From the NCBI GenBank assembly GCA_023267375.1, contig JAHFNJ010000005.1:1285-65284 (forward strand): a stretch of DNA of 64,000 bases, given 5' to 3'. The DNA comes from Candidatus Nomurabacteria bacterium (lineage in GTDB: Bacteria > Patescibacteriota > Minisyncoccia > Phycocordibacterales > UBA9973). The notes below the pieces were generated by a model. The model was given only the letters and a program-made list of their open reading frames with translations, did not search any database and was not told the DNA's origin. Of this stretch, positions 59,305-64,000 are shown piece after piece; the first letter of the stretch is position 1; each line of letters starts with the position of its first letter. Both the position numbers and the translations under genes were made by a program.

Positions 59305-59432
59305 CACGAAGTGAGGTAGCTCAGTTCGCAACCTGCGTTGCGAACGGCAGGATCGAAAGACTTTTCCGTACAAGCGAAGCGAGGTGGAAAAGTACCTGGC
59401 TATGTAATAGCCGATCCTGCGAGGTGGCTCCA
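59305..59432 (+). other. tRNA-3'-linked structured element 4 (core type A)
   Basis: ctc, 24-nt hairpin insert, gcaggatcgaa 59347-59357; core AGACTTTTCC..GGAAAAGTACCTGGCTA..TAGCC; 19-bp direct repeat 59287-59305 = 59412-59430. Confidence 0.85.
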
Positions 59433-59484
59433 AATATCCACATTTTCTTGATATTTTTCGAGAATCTGCTATAGTATCCACATT

Positions 59485-59712
59485 ATGGTAGTACGAATGC
59501 GACACACACGGGCTCACACGGCAAACCGCCGTTCCCACCACGCTTTAAAAGCAGCGTCTTTTTCAGTATGTTCAAATTGTAAGGCTAAGGTTGTTCCTCA
59601 CACTGTTTGCAAGGCGTGTGGTTTCTACAAGGGCCGAAACGTTATCGACTTGGTTAAGAAAGTTGAAAAGAAACAGAAGAAAGCTAAGGCAAAGGCAGCA
59701 GAAGCAAAGTAG
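59485..59712 (+). CDS. rpmF: 50S ribosomal protein L32
   Basis: RRSHHAL, C..C.....PHTVC..CGFYKGR. Confidence 0.95.
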   Translation: MVVRMRHTRAHTANRRSHHALKAASFSVCSNCKAKVVPHTVCKACGFYKGRNVIDLVKKVEKKQKKAKAKAAEAK

Positions 59713-59776
59713 TATCTGGGCTTGTTTCTTGAGGTTTAACATATACTAAAATGGTGCGCGGGTTAGTGAGTTCTTT

Positions 59777-60673
59777 ATGGCAAATAGACATTTATCACGA
59801 TCAATTGTGCTCCAAATCCTCTTTGAGTGGGATTTTAATGGGGGGCATACTGAAAATGTAAAAGAAATAACTGGACGAATCATTGAAGAATTCGGCCCTG
59901 GTTTAAACGACAGCGCCTTTGTGAATGGCCTTGTTGATCTTGTCATTACAAAACAGAAAATAATCGATGAAATCATCGAGAAAGCTGCGCCTGATTGGCC
60001 GATCGCAAAAATCTCCATCGTTGATCGCAATATCCTCCGCATGGGACTTACGGAGCTTCTTTTTGGCGACCGTGAGCAAGTGCCGCCGAAGGTAGCCATT
60101 AATGAGGCTATTGAGCTCGCTAAGACCTTTGGAGGTGAGAACTCAAGTAAGTTCGTCAACGGTGTACTCGGTGCGGTATACAAGGAAATTGGCGAACCAG
60201 GCAAAGAACAAGTAAGTAAGAAGAAAAAGGAAGATGTCGTGATTGACCCATCAAAACTACCTGTTGAAAAGAAGGGTGGTGCGGTTGTGTATGCGAGGCA
60301 TGATGGTACAATTTACTTCGCATTAGTGCATGACGTTTTCGGTTATTGGACGCTCTCAAAGGGCGGTATCGAAGCCGGAGAAGATGAAAAGCAGGCGACC
60401 ATCCGTGAAATCAAGGAGGAAATCGGACTTGATATCACCATTGTTGAAAAGCTCGGCGAGAACGAGTATATTGCTTCACATCCGGTGCAGGGCAAGATTC
60501 GAAAGCAGGTGTCCTATTTCTTGGGCGAATCTGAGTACAAGCCAGTTGTGCTTGAAGAATCTGGTGGACTCGATGATGCCAAATGGTTTTCAATGGCGGA
60601 AGTTGCAAACCTGAAGATGTATGATGATATTTTTCCGCTGATCGGCAAGTCGGTTGAACTATTAACAAAGTAA
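59777..60673 (+). CDS. nusB: Transcription antitermination factor NusB fused to a NUDIX hydrolase domain
   Basis: DRNILR, PPKVAINEAIELAK, FVNGVLG; Nudix box GGIEAGEDEKQATIREIKEEIG. Confidence 0.92.
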   Translation: MANRHLSRSIVLQILFEWDFNGGHTENVKEITGRIIEEFGPGLNDSAFVNGLVDLVITKQKIIDEIIEKAAPDWPIAKISIVDRNILRMGLTELLFGDREQVPPKVAINEAIELAKTFGGENSSKFVNGVLGAVYKEIGEPGKEQVSKKKKEDVVIDPSKLPVEKKGGAVVYARHDGTIYFALVHDVFGYWTLSKGGIEAGEDEKQATIREIKEEIGLDITIVEKLGENEYIASHPVQGKIRKQVSYFLGESEYKPVVLEESGGLDDAKWFSMAEVANLKMYDDIFPLIGKSVELLTK

Positions 60674-60744
60674 CTAGGTTCTAGGTTCTAGTTGCTAGGT
60701 TCTAGTGGAATGCACTAGCCCCTAACAACTAGCCCCTAGCCACT
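60674..60744. repeat. Heptamer tandem repeats (ctaggtt-like then ctagccc-like) in inverted arrangement
   Basis: ctaggtt ctaggtt ctagttg ctaggtt ctagtg gaatg ca ctagccc ctaacaa ctagccc ctagcca cta. Confidence 0.75.
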
Positions 60745-61446
60745 ATGGCTATGGTTGATTTCGGAGAGTTTGAGAAAAAAACAAAAATTGTTTTCAATGA
60801 TAAAAAATTACTAACGCAGGCATTTGTGCATCGTTCGTATATAAACGAAAATCCAAACTTGGGTCTCTCGCACAATGAGCGACTCGAGTTTTTGGGTGAT
60901 GCCGTGCTTGAACTTGTGGTGACTGATTATCTCTATAAAAAATATGGAACACAGACCGAAGGGGAACTCACCTCATATCGTGCAGCCCTCGTGAACGCAG
61001 TTATTATCGGTGAAATTGCAGCAGGACTCATGATGAATGATTACCTGCTTCTTTCTCGTGGTGAGGCAAAAGATAATGGTAAAGCACGTCAGTATATTCT
61101 CGCCAATACCTACGAAGCATTTGTAGGCGCAGTGTATCTTGATCAGGGCTATGCAGTTGCAGAAAAATTTATCGCCGAAACACTCTTCCCTCGTGTAGAG
61201 AAAATCGTTTCCCAGAAACTGTGGCGTGATGCAAAAAGTTTGGTACAGGAAAAAGCACAGGAGTATGTAAACGTCACACCATCATACAAAGTACTCTCTG
61301 AAGCTGGCCCTGATCATGACAAGCATTTTACGGTTGGTATATACTTTGGTAACAACGTGATTGCGGAAGGAAAAGGAAAATCAAAACAAGAAGCTGAACA
61401 GAAAGCCGCTCAAGAAGCATTAAAGGTGAAGAAGTGGGAAGATTAA
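60745..61446 (+). CDS. rnc: Ribonuclease III
   Basis: HNERLEFLGDAVLEL; dsRBD G.GKSKQEAEQ.AA. Confidence 0.97.
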   Translation: MAMVDFGEFEKKTKIVFNDKKLLTQAFVHRSYINENPNLGLSHNERLEFLGDAVLELVVTDYLYKKYGTQTEGELTSYRAALVNAVIIGEIAAGLMMNDYLLLSRGEAKDNGKARQYILANTYEAFVGAVYLDQGYAVAEKFIAETLFPRVEKIVSQKLWRDAKSLVQEKAQEYVNVTPSYKVLSEAGPDHDKHFTVGIYFGNNVIAEGKGKSKQEAEQKAAQEALKVKKWED

Positions 61447-61453
61447 TCATTAT

Positions 61454-63724
61454 ATGAATTTACTCGCACTCAAGCGTATTGAGATGAATGGATTCAAGTC
61501 ATTCGGTAAAAAGACCGGACTTGATTTCACCACTCCCATCACTTCGATTGTGGGTCCGAACGGTTCTGGAAAATCAAACATCGTTGAATCGATGCGCTTT
61601 GTGCTGGGCGAGCAGTCGATGAAATCAATGCGCGGTAAAGCGGGGAGCGATCTCATCTTCAAGGGCTCGAAAGGCGTCAGTTCGCCATCTCGCGCCTCTG
61701 TCGCTATTACATTTGATAACCGTCAGAAGATTTTCTCTTTTTCAAATTCGGACAAGAATATTCCGCTCGACTACGATGAAGTCACCATTTCTCGTGAAGT
61801 GTATAGCGATGGTGCAAACAAGTATCTCATCAATGGCAGTGAAGTGCGTTTGAAAGATGTTGTAGAGCTGCTTTCGTCAGTGCATATCGGTGCGTCGGGT
61901 CACCATATCATTTCTCAAGGTGAAGCCGATCGTATTCTTTCGTCGTCGGCAAAAGATCGCCGCGCAATGGTGGAAGATGCATTGGGTCTTAAGGTATATC
62001 AATACAAAATAAAAGAGAGTGAACGGAAGCTTGAGAAAACGGAAATCAATATGAAAGAAGTGGTAGCGCTTCGCCGTGAACTTGCACCGCATATAAACTT
62101 TTTGAAAAAACAGGTAGAGAAGATTGAGAAAGCAAATGATATGCGTGGAGAACTTAAAGTGCTCTATCGTGATTATTTCGCTCGTGAGTCTGGATACATT
62201 CGCATGAAAGAAAAGATGCTCGCGGATGAAAAGAATGAGATTCATCACTCAATCAAAGAGTGCGATGCGCAGATTGCAAAATATAAGAACAATGCGCTTC
62301 ACGAAGGAAAAAGCGTGCATACTGAGCATGTGCTCTCACTCGAGAAAGAACTGATAGCACTTCGCAGTAAGAAGGAAGAAATAACCCGCGGTATCGGCAA
62401 GCTTGAAGGTGCACTTGAAATGCTTAAAGTGGAAGAAGAGGCTGGTGAGGAAGCGGCTGAGGGATCAGTACCATTTTCACGCATCAACACGTTGATTGGC
62501 GAAGCGTTAGCGGACATTGAACTTGCGCTCGAAGCAGGAGATATTGAAAATACCAAAAGCGCGCTACAGCTCGTAAAAAATCGCCTGAAAGAATTTTTAC
62601 AGACTACCGCAATTGCCAAAGAAGAAAAAAATACAGAACTCAAAGAGAAAAAAATAGCGGAACTTGAACACAGCAAGAAAATGCTTGCAGAAGAACTCTC
62701 TGGCGTAACTACAAAAGAAAAAACACTGCTTGAAGAAGTGGCAGGTCTTCGTCAGCGTGCCGATGCTGAACGTGCCGCATTTCGTGAAGATGAACGTTTA
62801 TACTACGAGCTTTCTGCAAAGAAAAATGAATTGATCGGTCAAGAAAATGTCCTTAAGATGCAGGAAGAAGCGCTTGCAAAAGTGGTTTCTGAATTTGGCG
62901 AGGAACTTCGCGAAGCGCGTATTTTAGTTGGGGCTGAAGTTACCACGTATGAAGAACTTGTTGGTGAAGCGAGCGACCGCGAGGCCCAAGAAGCGCTCCA
63001 TAAGCGTATTGAACGCATCAAGATAAAACTCGAAGATATCGGCGGGGGTGGTGCAGACACGCTCAAAGAATATGAAGAGACAACCGCACGCGATGCATTT
63101 CTTGCGCGTGAACTCGATGACCTTACCATTTCGATTGAATCGCTCCGTACGCTTATTCGTGAATTGAAAGACAGGCTTGATACCGAGTTCAAAGAGGGAA
63201 TTGAAAAAATAAACCAAGAGTTTCAGAAGTTTTTTGCGCTGATGTTTGGCGGAGGTTCTGCTTTTCTTTCGGTGATTACTGAACACAAACGTGTACGCAA
63301 AAATATTCCAGCTGATGAAGAGCTTGATGAAGACGTTGTACCCGAAGACGAAGGCGAACTCGACTTTGAGCGGGGGATTGAAATCAATGTGTCACTGCCA
63401 CAGAAAAAAGTCCGCGACCTTCATATGCTCTCCGGTGGTGAACGTTCACTCACTTCAATCGCACTTCTTTTTGCCATGTCACAGGTAAATCCACCGCCAT
63501 TTTTAGTGCTCGACGAAACTGATGCTGCGCTCGACGAAGCAAACAGTCGTAAGTATGGCGACATGCTCGAAAATCTTTCTAGGTACTCTCAGCTTATTGT
63601 GGTAACCCATAATCGCGAGACGATGTCTCGCGCCCAAGTGCTCTACGGCATTACAATCGGATCTGATGGTGCCTCAAAACTTCTCTCGATAAAGTTTGAT
63701 GAAGCAGTGCAGATTGCAAAATAG
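61454..63724 (+). CDS. smc: Short SMC-family ATPase lacking a recognisable hinge
   Basis: GFKSF, GPNGSGKSN, IISQG, LSGGERS, LDETDAALD, VVTH; 756 aa. Confidence 0.88.
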   Translation: MNLLALKRIEMNGFKSFGKKTGLDFTTPITSIVGPNGSGKSNIVESMRFVLGEQSMKSMRGKAGSDLIFKGSKGVSSPSRASVAITFDNRQKIFSFSNSDKNIPLDYDEVTISREVYSDGANKYLINGSEVRLKDVVELLSSVHIGASGHHIISQGEADRILSSSAKDRRAMVEDALGLKVYQYKIKESERKLEKTEINMKEVVALRRELAPHINFLKKQVEKIEKANDMRGELKVLYRDYFARESGYIRMKEKMLADEKNEIHHSIKECDAQIAKYKNNALHEGKSVHTEHVLSLEKELIALRSKKEEITRGIGKLEGALEMLKVEEEAGEEAAEGSVPFSRINTLIGEALADIELALEAGDIENTKSALQLVKNRLKEFLQTTAIAKEEKNTELKEKKIAELEHSKKMLAEELSGVTTKEKTLLEEVAGLRQRADAERAAFREDERLYYELSAKKNELIGQENVLKMQEEALAKVVSEFGEELREARILVGAEVTTYEELVGEASDREAQEALHKRIERIKIKLEDIGGGGADTLKEYEETTARDAFLARELDDLTISIESLRTLIRELKDRLDTEFKEGIEKINQEFQKFFALMFGGGSAFLSVITEHKRVRKNIPADEELDEDVVPEDEGELDFERGIEINVSLPQKKVRDLHMLSGGERSLTSIALLFAMSQVNPPPFLVLDETDAALDEANSRKYGDMLENLSRYSQLIVVTHNRETMSRAQVLYGITIGSDGASKLLSIKFDEAVQIAK

Positions 63725-63727
63725 TAT

Positions 63728-63756
63728 TTGACACACTTAAAAATTACCCCTAGAAT
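63728..63756 (+). promoter_or_regulatory. Sigma70-type promoter
   Basis: TTGACA-17 nt-TAGAAT. Confidence 0.65.
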
Positions 63757-63819
63757 CCTTTATGTTAAAGTTCTTTAACAGCGGCGCTCCGCCGGTCAGG
63801 AGATAATACTGATAGAGCC

Positions 63820-64000
63820 ATGCCAAAAAAATCGCATGTTATCGGTGATATTCCGAAGGATAGGGATCCTTTTGGTTTATCCTTAGACCTGCTTCTCAAG
63901 GTAAGAAGCGGGCATTATTCTTGGGTCAACTTGGCCCTTATGTTACAACGTAAGAACCCTTTCGATCCTCTGCTTATTGCGCAGGAAGAATGGAAAATGT
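63820..64000 (+). CDS. Hypothetical protein, 5' part (runs off the window)
   Basis: Open frame MPKKSHVIGDIPKDRDPFGLSLDLLLKVRSG... downstream of the promoter. Confidence 0.5.
   Translation, partial: MPKKSHVIGDIPKDRDPFGLSLDLLLKVRSGHYSWVNLALMLQRKNPFDPLLIAQEEWKM

Noticed and set aside
59028-59541. ORFs 59028-59474 (+) and 59173-59541 (-)
   Set aside because: They overlap two tRNA-Thr genes and element 4, so they are spurious.
1-64000. Alternative genetic code (TGA recoded, as in Gracilibacteria)
   Set aside because: Long conserved genes are intact under code 11, and TGA ends genes at 35203, 52653 and 58957.

Overview
64-kb segment of a reduced bacterial genome, most consistent with Patescibacteria/CPR (Parcubacteria-like). 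This is inferred from the truncated PheS/PheT, hinge-less short SMC, NusB-NUDIX fusion, large type IV pilin locus and tRNA genes without encoded CCA. In order the window holds: a type IV pilus locus (pilC end, four minor pilins/PilX-like, a 1897-aa adhesin, two major-type pilins); a CHASE/PAS histidine kinase; pheST; gyrB; a Ham1 NTPase; thrS; three tRNAs; an accessory block (AsnB-SBP-Rossmann fusion, ArsR-LUD, secreted proteins including Bacteroidota-like genes); pgl-gnd-zwf with a MITE-like palindrome; a near-complete de novo purine cluster (no purH in the window); two tRNA-Thr; rpmF, nusB-NUDIX, rnc and smc. Main finding: four of the five tRNA genes are each followed by a 125-182 bp structured element with one architecture. 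It runs spacer (a hairpin in three of the four), then an antisense copy of that tRNA's own 3' end split at tRNA position 64/65 by an A-[22-nt hairpin]-G(T) insert, then one of two conserved structured cores, then a direct repeat of the tRNA 3' end. The antisense part changes to match each host tRNA while the scaffold stays fixed. This suggests a tRNA-targeted, guide-like non-coding element that I do not recognise as described.
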